From: a virus
Lineage: Duplodnaviria; Caudoviricetes
Strand: one strand, 5' to 3'
DNA: 64,000 nucleotides
IMG/VR virus record: IMGVR_UViG_2884152688_000003
Coordinates: 1 to 64,000 of that record
Numbering within the stretch: the first letter of the stretch is position 1; each line of letters opens with the position of its first letter. A model generated the notes under the pieces. It was not told the DNA's origin and did no database searches. It worked only from the letters and a program-made list of their open reading frames with translations. The position numbers and the translations under genes are program-made. Shown here in pieces: positions 49,589-61,169 of this stretch.

Positions 49589-50569
49589 ATGAGTAATGAA
49601 ATTACAGCTTTAGCGTTAGAAATATATGAAGGGAAGAAGACATATTTTACAAATGCTAAAAAAGAAAAAGTTGATGCGAATGAAACATTAAGAGGAATGA
49701 TAATGGAACAATGTGGTGGAAAGTGGAACCACAGAAGTTTTGATTTAGTTAAGCATACATTTTTTGATTTAATAGAAGAGATAGTAACGGTAAGAGGTTC
49801 TGAACTAACTAGAGATCTTTTTTCAAATATAATGACGTTCAAAGATGTTTCTCCAGGACAAAAACCTCAGTTTAGAGTTACTAATCCAGATCTATTTGAG
49901 GTTTCAGTCGTAGCAAATGGAACTATGAACTTCAATAGACAGAGACTATTCGATAGTGTAGTTAATACTACAGCTTTTGACCTAGGGGTAGCAATATATG
50001 ACGATTGGGATTCTTTCATGTTAGGGTTAATAGATTTTAATGAAGCTGTAGACAAAGTAATTAAATCGTTTAATCATAAGATTGCTGAGTTGATAGGGAA
50101 AACGTTTACAGAAGCTTATAACACTTTAAAGAACGGACAGTTCCATGAGGTAGGTCAGTTAGATGAGACAAAACTATTAGAACTTGTTGAAAAGGTTGGT
50201 AACGGTGCTGTAATTTATGGTTCTAAGTTAGCTCTATCAAAAATACCAGGGATACAAGGTTTTGTGACTGATGCAACTGATATCAGAAATGGTGGATACT
50301 TGAGAATGTTCAAGGGTGTAAAGTGTGTTGAACTTGAAAATAGTTATAACAAGGAAAAGGAAAAGTTCGTAATCCCAGATAACATACTATACATAATACC
50401 AGAAGGTGAACATGTGTTATATGGTGGTTTTGAAGGAGACGCATTTGTTTATGATAGAACAAATATAACGGAAAGAATGGATAAGCAGCTAGAATTCTTC
50501 TATACTAGAAGATTCCATCTAGGAGTAGCAGTGGCGAATAGATTTGGTGGTTACGAGATAACAGCTTAA
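49589..50569 (+). CDS. major capsid protein
   Basis: 326 aa, synteny, strong RBS, SPbeta YonB-like pattern. Confidence 0.75.
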   Translation: MSNEITALALEIYEGKKTYFTNAKKEKVDANETLRGMIMEQCGGKWNHRSFDLVKHTFFDLIEEIVTVRGSELTRDLFSNIMTFKDVSPGQKPQFRVTNPDLFEVSVVANGTMNFNRQRLFDSVVNTTAFDLGVAIYDDWDSFMLGLIDFNEAVDKVIKSFNHKIAELIGKTFTEAYNTLKNGQFHEVGQLDETKLLELVEKVGNGAVIYGSKLALSKIPGIQGFVTDATDIRNGGYLRMFKGVKCVELENSYNKEKEKFVIPDNILYIIPEGEHVLYGGFEGDAFVYDRTNITERMDKQLEFFYTRRFHLGVAVANRFGGYEITA

Positions 50570-50623
50570 ACATAGAGGGCACAGATATCTGTGTCCTTTT
50601 TTTTAAACACAAATGGAGGTAAT

Positions 50624-51181
50624 ATGGGAAAGATAATCAGAAAAAACAAAGGTAATAATAATTTAAACGAAATGCAGATCAAACTAAAGTCAACACTAAG
50701 AGAGAGTCAAGATGAAATAAGTGTGGACTTAGTAAATCTAGGTGTAGGGGGAGTTTATTTTAAATGTCCTCTTACGAAAGAAGTATTTATGTGGAATGAA
50801 GGTGGAGATGTAAGAAATGTTCCTTTGAGGATAATATTTTCTATACAGAGTAATGCTAAGTCATTATTAGAAGATCTTCACTTAGGGATAATTGAAGCTT
50901 ACGGTATAGGTTTTGAACTTGAAGATCTTATCTGTGCAATAGGATTAAAAGAATCTTATGAACCATTTAATTTTGACGTAGGAAGTATAGATGACATAAT
51001 AATTGATTCTAATCAAGACGACTTTAGGAAGTTATGCGAAAAGTGTAGCAAAAAAATACTAGAAAGAATTGCAAAGAGATATTTATTTTTAAGAGAAGAA
51101 AATTTAATCAATGAGAGGTCAAAGGAGTTAGACTTAGAGCATTTTTTAGATGAGAGAAATATATTTATTGAGACTATATAA
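50624..51181 (+). CDS. hypothetical virion-associated protein
   Basis: ATG behind GGAGG; synteny. Confidence 0.6.
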   Translation: MGKIIRKNKGNNNLNEMQIKLKSTLRESQDEISVDLVNLGVGGVYFKCPLTKEVFMWNEGGDVRNVPLRIIFSIQSNAKSLLEDLHLGIIEAYGIGFELEDLICAIGLKESYEPFNFDVGSIDDIIIDSNQDDFRKLCEKCSKKILERIAKRYLFLREENLINERSKELDLEHFLDERNIFIETI

Positions 51182-51191
51182 GAGGTATTAG

Positions 51192-51803
51192 ATGACGAAA
51201 ACTGAAGATATTTACGAAATTTTTCTTTCTCAAATTGATGATGAATTATTTGCGATGTTAAGCCCAAATACTATGAGAAAACAATTGCATAATTACCTTG
51301 TTGGTGCGACAGCCAAGTTCAAAAAATGCAAAAAAGATCTTACTATTTTAGATTACAAGAATAAAAAAATAACTATTGACACAGATTTTCTTGACTTTGA
51401 TAAAGACGAAGTTAAAGAGTCTTTTATAAATGTTTTTGGTGAAGAAACAGGAATAGAATATAAAAAAGGAATAGATTGGGTAATGGAAGGTGAAAACAGA
51501 ATCATCTTTGAAATACCCCCACAAGAACCTGTATCAGTAGTGTTTTACAATGATGGATATTTTGAAGATACTTTAAGCAATGAAGAAGTCTTTATATTAG
51601 TAAAAGGGATGATAATCTATTGGTTGCAGCCAAAGGTTAATCGTGAAGAAAATCTAAAGAACATGGTGACAGATGGTGATTATAAAAAGCTATCTGGAGC
51701 TAATATGTTAGATAAAATGATTAAATTATATAAGACTACTTTAAGAGAATTTGAACTTGCTGTTATAAATTATACTTATAATGATTTTAAAGGATTCAAC
51801 TAA
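51192..51803 (+). CDS. putative head-tail adaptor
   Basis: T..EDIYE.FL..I.D, LS.EE..IL...M...W; synteny. Confidence 0.55.
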   Translation: MTKTEDIYEIFLSQIDDELFAMLSPNTMRKQLHNYLVGATAKFKKCKKDLTILDYKNKKITIDTDFLDFDKDEVKESFINVFGEETGIEYKKGIDWVMEGENRIIFEIPPQEPVSVVFYNDGYFEDTLSNEEVFILVKGMIIYWLQPKVNREENLKNMVTDGDYKKLSGANMLDKMIKLYKTTLREFELAVINYTYNDFKGFN

Positions 51804-51804
51804 T

Positions 51805-52806
51805 ATGTCAGATTTTTTAAATGAATATAGATCAAGAGTCGCAAACAAGGCAAAAAACGCAAAAGAAGTTGAAAAAAAAAGGGCTGAACAAGCATTTAAA
51901 TCTTATCTCGATAACACTCCTACTTCTCAAAAAGTACAAATAACAGATGTTGATGAACCATTTATCTCAAAGAAAACTAAGAAGGTTTTAGCCGCAATCA
52001 CAGATGTGACAAATAATGATAAATCTGTTCTTGATGAAAAAAATTTATTTGTAGAGCGAAATGTGAATATGGATGTCGGATGTTATGTTAAATTTGATAA
52101 TCAAACATGGTTAATTATCTTCGAGGAACATCAGCCACTTGGTGTTAAAAAACAATATATAATGAAAAAATGCAATAACTATATTACTTTGAAATATAGA
52201 GGCAATTTAGTTCAGATACCAGTGTCTATAGAAAACTTAACAATGTATTCAGATGGTATAGCTGATGATGTATATATGTCTTATATGGATTCAAAAAAGC
52301 AGATAGGATATGGAAATAACTATATAACAAGAACAATAGGTGAGGGTTTCAGAATCCTATTAACCCATGAAACAGCTTATAAAGTAACCCACATAAATGA
52401 TTTTGAATACAAGGGACTTATAAAATCTTTAGTTCTACAAACACAAATCTTGGTTGGTGATGAAACAGACATCTTCTTAGCTAATAATATTGGTTATTTT
52501 AATAATCTTTCCCCGGAAAAAAGAGTAGAAGAACCCAAAGACATAAAAGGGGAAATACTTGGTGAAAATAAATTGCTTTTAGGTGAAGAATCAGAATTTA
52601 TCTTTGAAACAAAAAACAAAGAACATGAATTTGAATGGATATTAGAAGAAGATTATATTTTTAATATAATAGAAAATAATGGAAACAAGGTTACTGTGGT
52701 GGCGACTACCAACCCAAAATATATAGGTAAAAAAGCAGTCCTAAAAATAAAAGAAAAAAAGACTGAAGAAATAATAGACAAAATAGAACTGATTTTGAGG
52801 GGGTAG
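51805..52806 (+). CDS. putative head closure protein
   Basis: Synteny; G.YV.F...WLI, M.KCN. Confidence 0.5.
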   Translation: MSDFLNEYRSRVANKAKNAKEVEKKRAEQAFKSYLDNTPTSQKVQITDVDEPFISKKTKKVLAAITDVTNNDKSVLDEKNLFVERNVNMDVGCYVKFDNQTWLIIFEEHQPLGVKKQYIMKKCNNYITLKYRGNLVQIPVSIENLTMYSDGIADDVYMSYMDSKKQIGYGNNYITRTIGEGFRILLTHETAYKVTHINDFEYKGLIKSLVLQTQILVGDETDIFLANNIGYFNNLSPEKRVEEPKDIKGEILGENKLLLGEESEFIFETKNKEHEFEWILEEDYIFNIIENNGNKVTVVATTNPKYIGKKAVLKIKEKKTEEIIDKIELILRG

Positions 52807-52810
52807 TAAA

Positions 52811-53335
52811 ATGGCACAAATAGGATATATGAATAGAATGGTAACTGAGGTTTACAATGTTTTAATTCAAGATGATTTAATTTCTAAATTCATGCATTAT
52901 TATAAAGAAAAAGATATAGACATTCCATCTCAACCAAAGGTAAAGAATCCAGTGGGTGCTTTAAAAAAACAGTTTTTTAAAAATAGAAGAATAGAAACTT
53001 TGCAAAGGGATGCGAATGTAAATATAACTATAAATATATCTAGAAAGACAAACTGGCAAGATGGCACATCTAAATGGCATGGAAAGAATTCTTTTGAAAA
53101 TATTCTTGAAATAGGGGTTTCTTGCCACAATGACTGTGACAGAACTTTAAATGGCTCAAGAACATATGCATTAATTGATTTGATAGTTAAAAAGCTATCG
53201 GGAAACTCTATAGATTCTTTAGGTGAAGTTAGGTTCATAGAAACAATAGGAATTAGAGACTTAAATCAAGAATACTCTGGATACCTTACATACTTCAGTG
53301 TATATGGGATGAAAGACGAGGGATTTGATGATTGA
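52811..53335 (+). CDS. putative tail terminator/completion protein
   Basis: Synteny. Confidence 0.45.
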   Translation: MAQIGYMNRMVTEVYNVLIQDDLISKFMHYYKEKDIDIPSQPKVKNPVGALKKQFFKNRRIETLQRDANVNITINISRKTNWQDGTSKWHGKNSFENILEIGVSCHNDCDRTLNGSRTYALIDLIVKKLSGNSIDSLGEVRFIETIGIRDLNQEYSGYLTYFSVYGMKDEGFDD

Positions 53336-54209
53336 GAGTAAATTAATGACTGGACAAGATATAGACTTGTCTCAATATGGATTAGGAGTCATAAAACAGC
53401 CAAGCTTAAAAGAACTATTAGAATTGCCAATCAAAGAATCTGATATAACATCTACTTTCATAATGATTGAAACTTTCTACGAAAAAATGACTGGGTTATC
53501 ACCGAGTGCAGACTTATATAAATTAGATTGTTTGAGTATGGTAAATGAAGCTGTGGCTCAAATGGATTCAGAGGAATACAAAAGAGAAGTCCAAACAAGG
53601 TATAATGATGTATTTTTTAAAAGAGAAATAAGGTACACTTTTTTAGAAAAATTATTCTTGCTACTAAGTTGTTTTTTTGATTGCAATATAAAGGACATAG
53701 ATATCAAAGAAGATCCTTTTGAGGACAGAAAAGATTTCAAGGGAATAGTTATCCTAATAAATAAAGGGGACTCTGAAGATGATAAAATTCTTATAGATAA
53801 AGAAAATTTCAACATACTTTTAAAGGTTATTTTTAAAATATTAGATATAGATATCAAGTCTATACTAAGTAGAACAGAAGAAGATGATGAGTGGGTAGAA
53901 AACAATGGGAGTGCAAAAGAAAGAAAATATATAGAAATATTTAAAAGAAAAGAGCGAGAAAGAAAGAAAAAAGAAGTATTACATATATGTGATTATATCA
54001 ATGTTGTAGTAAATGATTCAGGTAGAGATTATAAAGAAGTAGCCAATTGGACGTATTACCAATTGATTAATACGTTTAAAGCTAGTTTCTTGAAAGATAG
54101 ACATGATATGGATGTTAAGATGTTTACTTCTGGGAATTACAAGATAGATCCAAAGGAAATGTTGGATTGGAAAAAAGAAATTAAGATAAATATAGATGAG
54201 ACAATTTAG
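53325..54209 (+). CDS. structural-module protein (SPbeta YomV-like)
   Basis: IKQPSLKE, WTYYQL; synteny before major tail gene. Confidence 0.55.
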   Translation: MMIESKLMTGQDIDLSQYGLGVIKQPSLKELLELPIKESDITSTFIMIETFYEKMTGLSPSADLYKLDCLSMVNEAVAQMDSEEYKREVQTRYNDVFFKREIRYTFLEKLFLLLSCFFDCNIKDIDIKEDPFEDRKDFKGIVILINKGDSEDDKILIDKENFNILLKVIFKILDIDIKSILSRTEEDDEWVENNGSAKERKYIEIFKRKERERKKKEVLHICDYINVVVNDSGRDYKEVANWTYYQLINTFKASFLKDRHDMDVKMFTSGNYKIDPKEMLDWKKEIKINIDETI

Positions 54210-54256
54210 TCTTGTCTTTTTTTATATAAAAATAATGAAGGATAGGTGATTAATTA

Positions 54257-55066
54257 ATGGCATTCGCAATAAAAGACGCTGCCGATATGGGAGTATTTAA
54301 TAAAGAGACAGGAGTACCGTTGTTTTATACTGAAGCAGCGAACTCTTTTGAGTTAAAAATTGAATCAGAAGAAGTTTTTGCAAAGGCAAAAGGCGTAGAT
54401 ACAATAGGGTTTAACAGTGGTAAAAAAGTAAGTGGGAAAGCGGAGTTTGAAGTTATCCAGTTTCCACAGCTTTCTATAATTCTTGCAAGTGATGTTGCTG
54501 AAAAGAATAATTATGCAGTAGCAAAAAAACTTAAAGCAAAATTGGGAGCCGATAAGAAGGTAATACTAAAAGGAGAGTCTCCTTTAGAGGGTTCTATGAT
54601 GGCTATGCTACTAAAAGATGATGGTGCCGAACTAGGAGAAAAAGTTGAGGTAACTGTTACAAAAGTAGGTGATGATACAGAAGTTGTGTTCCCAGATACT
54701 GTAAAAGAGGGTCAGTTTGTAATACTTTTTTATCAGAATGTAGCACAAAAAGTGAAGGTAATAAAGGTTACTTCAGAAGGAGATACACCAAACCTTAGAA
54801 TTGAAGCAATAGTTTCAGCTAAAATGCAGAATGGTAAAAAGATGGCTTTAAATCTAGTTATAAATAATGCGAGAGCAAAGAATAATGCAGAACTTACATT
54901 CTCTACAGAGAATCCATCTAAGTTCCCAATGGAATTTGACTGTTTCCCAGATGAATTAGGAGAAATTTTTGAATTGACATTTATTGAAGATGATGGAACA
55001 ACAGATTTAGAAGAAAAGGTGAAAAACCTAGATCCTTCTATAAAACTTGATAATGAAGCTGCTTAG
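54257..55066 (+). CDS. major tail (tube) protein
   Basis: FAIKDAAD, NPSKFPMEFDCFPD; followed by terminator. Confidence 0.75.
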   Translation: MAFAIKDAADMGVFNKETGVPLFYTEAANSFELKIESEEVFAKAKGVDTIGFNSGKKVSGKAEFEVIQFPQLSIILASDVAEKNNYAVAKKLKAKLGADKKVILKGESPLEGSMMAMLLKDDGAELGEKVEVTVTKVGDDTEVVFPDTVKEGQFVILFYQNVAQKVKVIKVTSEGDTPNLRIEAIVSAKMQNGKKMALNLVINNARAKNNAELTFSTENPSKFPMEFDCFPDELGEIFELTFIEDDGTTDLEEKVKNLDPSIKLDNEAA

Positions 55067-55075
55067 TATTGATAT

Positions 55076-55105
55076 ACCCCACCAATTGGTGGGGTTATTT
55101 TTTTT
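55076..55105 (+). terminator. intrinsic terminator
   Basis: accccacc-aatt-ggtggggt followed by T run. Confidence 0.85.
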
Positions 55106-55185
55106 AAGTCAATTTAAAATTTTATTTAAATTCAATAAGATTTATTGGCTTTAAATATTTTTTTAAAAGAAAGGAGACAATAAAA

Positions 55186-55962
55186 TTGGTCTTTCATTCG
55201 GACAGATTTATATTCGATGGAGTCAATTCGGAGAGCATAGGGATAATGTTAGTGACTGTCGGTGAAAATGACGTGCTAATGGACTATGGGATTCCATTTG
55301 AATACAAGTTAAAAGTAGAAAGTAGTTTTGGAGATAATCCTTTTTATACCAAAGAGGAGTCTCCACCAGAACCAATCACTTTAGATTTTTGCTTAACAGA
55401 GAATAGACAAGCAATAAAGTGGAGTGATGAGTTGGAAAAAGAAATAATTAACTGGTTAACACAAGATAAATTTTGTGAATTCATTTCTTATGATAATCCA
55501 GAATTAGTTTACTATTTTAGAGCAACAAAGGTTACAAAGAAAATGACACATCAAAAAAAAGGTATTTTATCAGTAACCTTTCAACCATATTACAAACATC
55601 CAGTGAAAAAGATAAGAAAAGATTTGTTGGTCGAGGGAGAAAGATTTACAAATATAAACAATGAGTGTATTTCAAGAGAATATGTATATCCAATGCTAGA
55701 AATTGAGGCAAACGCAAGTGGAAACGTAGAAATTTTAAATGAATCAATAGAAGATTCTGAACCTCTTGTAGTAAAAGGGCTAGAGGACGGAGAAAAAATA
55801 TTTATCGACAATCAACTGTTTATAGTAATAGATGAAAATGATGAAAATAAGTTCCATAAAGTAAACAGACATTGGTTGAAACTAAAAAAGGGAACAAACA
55901 AAATAAAAATCAACGGAAATGTAAATATAAAAATTAAATGTAATTTAGAGATAAAGATATAA
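55186..55962 (+). CDS. distal tail (Dit)-like protein
   Basis: F.FDG..S...GI, II.WL, VYP.LEI, WLKLKKG.N.I. Confidence 0.7.
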   Translation: MVFHSDRFIFDGVNSESIGIMLVTVGENDVLMDYGIPFEYKLKVESSFGDNPFYTKEESPPEPITLDFCLTENRQAIKWSDELEKEIINWLTQDKFCEFISYDNPELVYYFRATKVTKKMTHQKKGILSVTFQPYYKHPVKKIRKDLLVEGERFTNINNECISREYVYPMLEIEANASGNVEILNESIEDSEPLVVKGLEDGEKIFIDNQLFIVIDENDENKFHKVNRHWLKLKKGTNKIKINGNVNIKIKCNLEIKI

Positions 55963-55972
55963 GGAGAAAATT

Positions 55973-56425
55973 ATGAGAACAATAAAATTAAGTGAACTGC
56001 CTAAGAAGGAAAAATATAGAGATATAATTTCGGTTACTATGGATGACGGTGAAATAGATTATATATACGTTTTGAATCCAACAGGCGAAATAGAAAAAGA
56101 ACTTTTAGAGGTATGCTCTGAGGTTATATTTGAAAAATGTGAACTTGACGATTCTGAATTGATGAAATTATTCATAGAAAAACTTACAAATATAGAAGTT
56201 GAATACGGATTTCAGGAAGTTCCAGAGTCCGATGCTTTAGCAAGAGTATATACTACACTAAAAACTATTTACTTTGAAATGATAGATTTTTGCTACAGAT
56301 TTTATATTTGCGAAGAATCAGCAATGAAGGCAGAAGAAAGTAGAGAAAAATTATTAAAAGAAATCAGTGCGAAAGAAGAAAAAGAAGATAAAGAAATTAT
56401 AAACGCCATAAAAGAAGATAAATAG
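55973..56425 (+). CDS. hypothetical protein (possible tail chaperone)
   Basis: Acidic ORF upstream of tape measure. Confidence 0.5.
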   Translation: MRTIKLSELPKKEKYRDIISVTMDDGEIDYIYVLNPTGEIEKELLEVCSEVIFEKCELDDSELMKLFIEKLTNIEVEYGFQEVPESDALARVYTTLKTIYFEMIDFCYRFYICEESAMKAEESREKLLKEISAKEEKEDKEIINAIKEDK

Positions 56426-56440
56426 TTATGAGGTGAAAAT

Positions 56441-56754
56441 ATGGTCTTTGGATCGATTGAAGAGTGTGAAGCTTATATAAAGAGTTGTATGACACAAACA
56501 ACCCCAGTTATGGCACAAAAAACTCAAGAAGAAGGAAAGAACATAATATCCGGACAGGTTGGTGGAATAACAGGAAGTTTGGCAAATTCAGTGTTTATAT
56601 TGGGAACATCAGCAAATTCAATGGAGGTAGGAATAGAGGATAGAGGTGGTGGAAATGATTATTCATGGACATCACAGGTTTATAGAACTCATTTCTTTCC
56701 GATGTACGGATTAGAGAAAGGCCACACATGGAATAGAGGTGCCACAACAATTAT
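56441..56754 (+). CDS. HK97 gp10-like tail protein, exon 1
   Basis: TGSLANS, GLEKG; joins in frame to 58910..58994 after IStron removal (132 aa). Confidence 0.7.
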
Positions 56755-57299
56755 AGGTTTTTCAAGCGAGAAAACCCACGATTTTAATCGTGTGGATGAA
56801 AGCTTGTCAAATACACTGTAAGCATATAGAGAAATCTGTATGTAGTGAATACATAAAACTCATGTATTCCAATTAAGAAACTGAATTGCTGGAAATTCGT
56901 AAAGCTAACTTAACTACAACGCAAAGATAATACAAAACTTAAACGTGAATGTGGCGAGAGCAGAAAAAATAAGTTAGATGGCATAAGGTTAAACCCTAAG
57001 TGCTTTAAAATTGAAAATCAGCATCCAAGCCTAGAAATAGGAAGGTTCAACGACTATTCCTCTTGAGGGAAGTACATCACAAGCCATTGGTGATGGAAGT
57101 GGTTTCGCCTTAGCACGTAATGGTGAAGGATAAGATATAGTCTGTGCTTGCACGAAAGTGTAAGAAGTTCATAAGAGAACTGTATAGATAGTAGCGAATC
57201 TATATGAACAAACTTCACACAAAAAAAAGAAAGTATAATAGTTTTAATATTGTGTATAAAACTATTGATTTCGTACACTAAATAGCATATAATAAAATT

Positions 57300-57701
57300 A
57301 TGAATAATGAATACAGAGACTCAAAAACAACTGTTTCGTTAATCAATTATCATTTTGTTTTTTGTCCAAGATATCGAAGGAAAATATTTGAAGATTCCAA
57401 AGTAGATATTAGATTTAAATCAGTCATTCAAGAAATATGTATTGAGAATGATTGGGATATTATTGCAATAGAGACAGATAAAGAGCATTGCCATTTATTC
57501 ATAAATGTACAACCTATATATTCTCCTTCTGAAATAATGAAGATAATAAAAGGTATTACATCACGAAAATTAAGGCAAGAATTTGAACATTTAAGCAAAA
57601 TGCCAAGTGTTTGGACAAGGTCATTTTTTGTTTCAACTGCTGGTGATGTATCTAGTAAAATAATTAAAAGATATGTTGAAAATCAAAGAACAAGATACTG
57701 A
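57300..57701 (+). CDS. tnpA: Y1 HUH transposase
   Basis: YHFVFCPRYRR, EHCH, KRYVENQ. Confidence 0.95.
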   Translation: MNNEYRDSKTTVSLINYHFVFCPRYRRKIFEDSKVDIRFKSVIQEICIENDWDIIAIETDKEHCHLFINVQPIYSPSEIMKIIKGITSRKLRQEFEHLSKMPSVWTRSFFVSTAGDVSSKIIKRYVENQRTRY

Positions 57702-57716
57702 TTATACGTTAAGGAG

Positions 57717-58844
57717 GTGACAGAAATGAAAAAGGCACATAAGATACGTATTTACCCAAATACTAAACAACAGATACAATTTCAAAAAACATTTGGATGC
57801 GTAAGATTTTACTGGAATTTTATTTTAAACCAAACTCAAACAAATTATAAAATGAAACAAGAAGATGAAATGTATTTAGAAGACAAGACAACATATGCAA
57901 TTCTTAAAAAACAAGAAGAATATTCATGGTTAAAAGAAGTTGAAGCTCAACCATTAAGCCAAGTGACTATGGATTTAAGAAAAGCATACAAAAATACATT
58001 TAAATCTAAGTTTGGGCTCCCTAAATTCAAGAGTAAAAAATACTCTAAAAAATCTTATAGGACAGCAGCTGGAATGAAGGTGAATGAAAACTACTGTTAT
58101 ATATCTAGAGTTGGGTGGGTAAAAATGGCGGAGAAGTTACGATTTAAAGGAAAATTAATGAATGTAACAATCAGTCAATCTAAATCTGGAAAATACTTTG
58201 CAGCATTCTTAGTAGAAACTGAAAATGTTGAACTAGAACCAGTCGAAAATAAAATTGGCTTAGATTTAGGTCTTTCTCATTTCTGTGTAGCTTCCACAGG
58301 AGAAAAAATAGATAACAAAAAATTCTATCATTCTCTTGAAAAGCGACTAATAATTGAACAAAGAAAACTTTCAAAACGTTTAGAGATAGCCAAAAAACAT
58401 AATCGTAAATTAGATGATTGTAAAAACTATCAAAAACAAAAAAAGAAAGTTGCTTTAATACATGAAAAGATATTCAATCAAAGAAATAATTTTTTACATC
58501 AAATTTCTTCAAGAATAACTGATGAAAACCAAGTCATTTGTATAGAAGATTTAAACGTAAAAAACATGATTAAAGATCATAAATTAGCGAAATCAATAGC
58601 CGATGTATCGTGGAGTGAATTCGTAAGACAATTAGAGTACAAGTCTAAATGGAAAGGAAGAAAACTTGTTAAGGTAGATAGATTCTTCCCTAGTTCTCAA
58701 ATTTGTTCTAAATGTGGACACAATGATGGCAAGAAAGAGTTAACCATAAGAGAATGGACTTGTTCTAATTGCAACACGAATCACGATAGAGATATCAATG
58801 CGAGCATAAATATTAAAACCGAAGGACTTTCGGGGTTAGCTTAG
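57717..58844 (+). CDS. tnpB: RNA-guided endonuclease TnpB
   Basis: GLDLG, IEDL, Zn finger, DRDINAS. Confidence 0.95.
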   Translation: MTEMKKAHKIRIYPNTKQQIQFQKTFGCVRFYWNFILNQTQTNYKMKQEDEMYLEDKTTYAILKKQEEYSWLKEVEAQPLSQVTMDLRKAYKNTFKSKFGLPKFKSKKYSKKSYRTAAGMKVNENYCYISRVGWVKMAEKLRFKGKLMNVTISQSKSGKYFAAFLVETENVELEPVENKIGLDLGLSHFCVASTGEKIDNKKFYHSLEKRLIIEQRKLSKRLEIAKKHNRKLDDCKNYQKQKKKVALIHEKIFNQRNNFLHQISSRITDENQVICIEDLNVKNMIKDHKLAKSIADVSWSEFVRQLEYKSKWKGRKLVKVDRFFPSSQICSKCGHNDGKKELTIREWTCSNCNTNHDRDINASINIKTEGLSGLA

Positions 58845-58909
58845 TAAATTTACTATCAATAGATGGTATTACCTAAGAACCCCACGATTTTAATCGTGTG
58901 GAGTGTCAG

Positions 58910-58994
58910 GATTACATGGGAATCATGGGCTTCTGGAAACTTAGATAAGATATTCTTAGAAACAATGAGTGGTCTAGGAGTACCTATAGGATAA
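58910..58994 (+). CDS. HK97 gp10-like tail protein, exon 2
   Basis: (M)ITWESWASGNLDKIFLETMSGLGVPIG*, stop abuts the tape-measure RBS. Confidence 0.7.
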
Positions 58995-59009
58995 GGAAGG
59001 AGTGATTTT

Positions 59010-61169
59010 TTGGCTGAGTTTAGAATAAAAAGTACATTAGATCTCAGTACAGATGAAGCAAAGAGCAAAATGAAAGCTCTTGAAAATGAAAAGATTAAAG
59101 CTAAATTAGAACTAGATGCCGAAAGTAGTAAGAAAGCCCTTAACAGTTTAGATAAAGCGTCAAAGCAATCTCAACAGAATAGGGTCAAAGATGCAAAGAA
59201 GGCAGAAAATGAATTAGCTGGGATAGATAGAAAAAAGCTAAATGAATATAAAAGATTAGGGCAGGAAAAAGCTTCTTTAAGTAATAAGTTTGCTAAAGCT
59301 GAAAGCGATAATGCTAGAAAGAATTTAGATAAAAATATTAGAGATAGACAACGACAGATGTCTGGACTATACAAACAAATGTCTAGTGAACAGCAAAAAA
59401 TAGCAAAACAGATGGACACTCAAATGTTCGGTGCTAAATCAGGCAATGGCTTACTGAAGGCATTTGGACGAATAGATAAAGATGCTTTAAAGATAAAAAA
59501 TACTATCAGAAGTCTAGATGGGGATATAACTAAAACCTTAGGGAATAAGCTATCTAAACAAATGGATGGATTTTATAAAGGATTAGATAAAAAACCTGTC
59601 AATAACGCTACGTATGAAAACGCTAGAAGGACGATGAATAGTTATCAACAAAGTGCTAAAGCTTTGAAAGAAATTTCCTCTCTAGAAAAATCATATGGAA
59701 GTAGACAAACGGCTGTAAACAATAGACTGGGTGGTTTAAGTAATCTAGTAACGCAAAAAGCTGGGGCTGAACTAAATAAAAATTTAAGCCAATCTTTTTC
59801 ACAAATTAGAGGAAAAGATATAACTTCAACAGCTAGTAAAATGAAAGTTTTTGGAACTGAATTAAACAGGACAGCTACAGCAAGTAAACAATTACAAGGA
59901 TTAGATAAGACAATAAATAGATTGTCTGGATTAGAAAGTGGTTTAAAACCTAAAACTATTAATGGTCTTAGACAAGGGATAGTCGATTTATCTAAATCAC
60001 CTTCATTAGGAACAGCAAGTTTTGATTCCGAATTAAAAAAAGTAAATACGCAAATGACAGTAGCGAGCCGATATCAAGGCCGAATGGCAAAACTTAAAGA
60101 TGATTTTAAGATGTCCATGTTCGGAACCTCAATGGGATATTTGGCTGGCTCTTTTTTACGTTCTCAAGTAACTGGAGCAATCCAAACTTTTAAAGATTTA
60201 GATGCTTCAATGACAGATATAAAGAAGGTAGCAAATCCTAGAGATGTAGCGACAGAATCTCAAACAAAAGCTATTAGAAAACAAGCTATCCAAATAGCGA
60301 AAGATGTTGGGATGGCTTCATCTGATGTCCAATCATCAATAGCTACAGCATTACAATCTGGTATGGGCGGTATGAAAGAGTCTATGGCAGTTGCAAGAAA
60401 ATCTATGATATTAGCTAACGTTGGTGATATGGATAAAGTTGAGGCAACAAAAGCTGTCAATACCATAGTTAAATCTTTCAACTTAGACCCTTTAGGGAAA
60501 CAAAGAGTTAACGTAAAGGGAATGTCAAAAGAAACAACACAATTAGCTAATGCAATGGACTTGCTTAACTATGCAGGTAATAATTATGCTATATCTTCAG
60601 CAGGTGTAGCCGAGGCATTACAGCGTGGTGGTGGAGTTATGAAAGCATATGGAATGAACTTAGCCGATTCTGTTGCAATGATTACAGCCACAAATGAACC
60701 AATACAGAATCCAGAAAAAGTTGGTAATGGTTTAAAATCTATTGCTATTAATATGGCTGGTATTACAACCAGTGCCAAAGATGGGACACTCCATGCGAAT
60801 AAAACAGCTAAGGCACTTCAAGAAATTGCTGGCGTTGATATATATAAAGATAAGGCAAAAGGATCTCTTAAATCCCAAGTTGAACTTTTAGATGAAGTTC
60901 AGAAAAAATGGGGTGGATTAAACGATGCTCAAAGAGCCGGTCTATCTGAGTCTATAGCAGGTAAACATAGAGCGGATATATTCCAAGCTTTAATGGGGAA
61001 TTACGAAACATTTAAGAAACTTCGTAATGAGTTTAGCCAAGGAGACCACTTTGGTTCAGCTGAAGCCGAAAACGAAAAATATGTAAACTCATTAGCTGGT
61101 AAGACAAACAAGCTAAAAGAGACCATGACTTCCATAGGAACTGGTCTTATAAATGGGAAGGCTGTTTAT
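59010..61169 (+). CDS. tape measure protein, exon 1
   Basis: TP901-like TMP domain (LDASMTDIKKV, GNNYAIS, VGNGLKSI). Confidence 0.9.

Larger units (their letters stand above)
56755..58909 (+). mobile_element. IStron 1 (group I intron plus IS605 tnpA/tnpB)
   Basis: TTAT| ... TCAG| ends, cacgattttaatcgtg hairpin at both ends, intron motifs gaattgctggaa, cgacta, aagatatagtc. Confidence 0.9.

Noticed and set aside
56755-56821. C-terminus GFSSEKTHDF... of the 56441..56821 ORF
   Set aside because: Read-through into the IStron left end; the real C-terminus is at 58910..58994
61146-61150. Alternative TTAT junction for IStron 2
   Set aside because: Joining to 63065 gives an almost immediate in-frame stop
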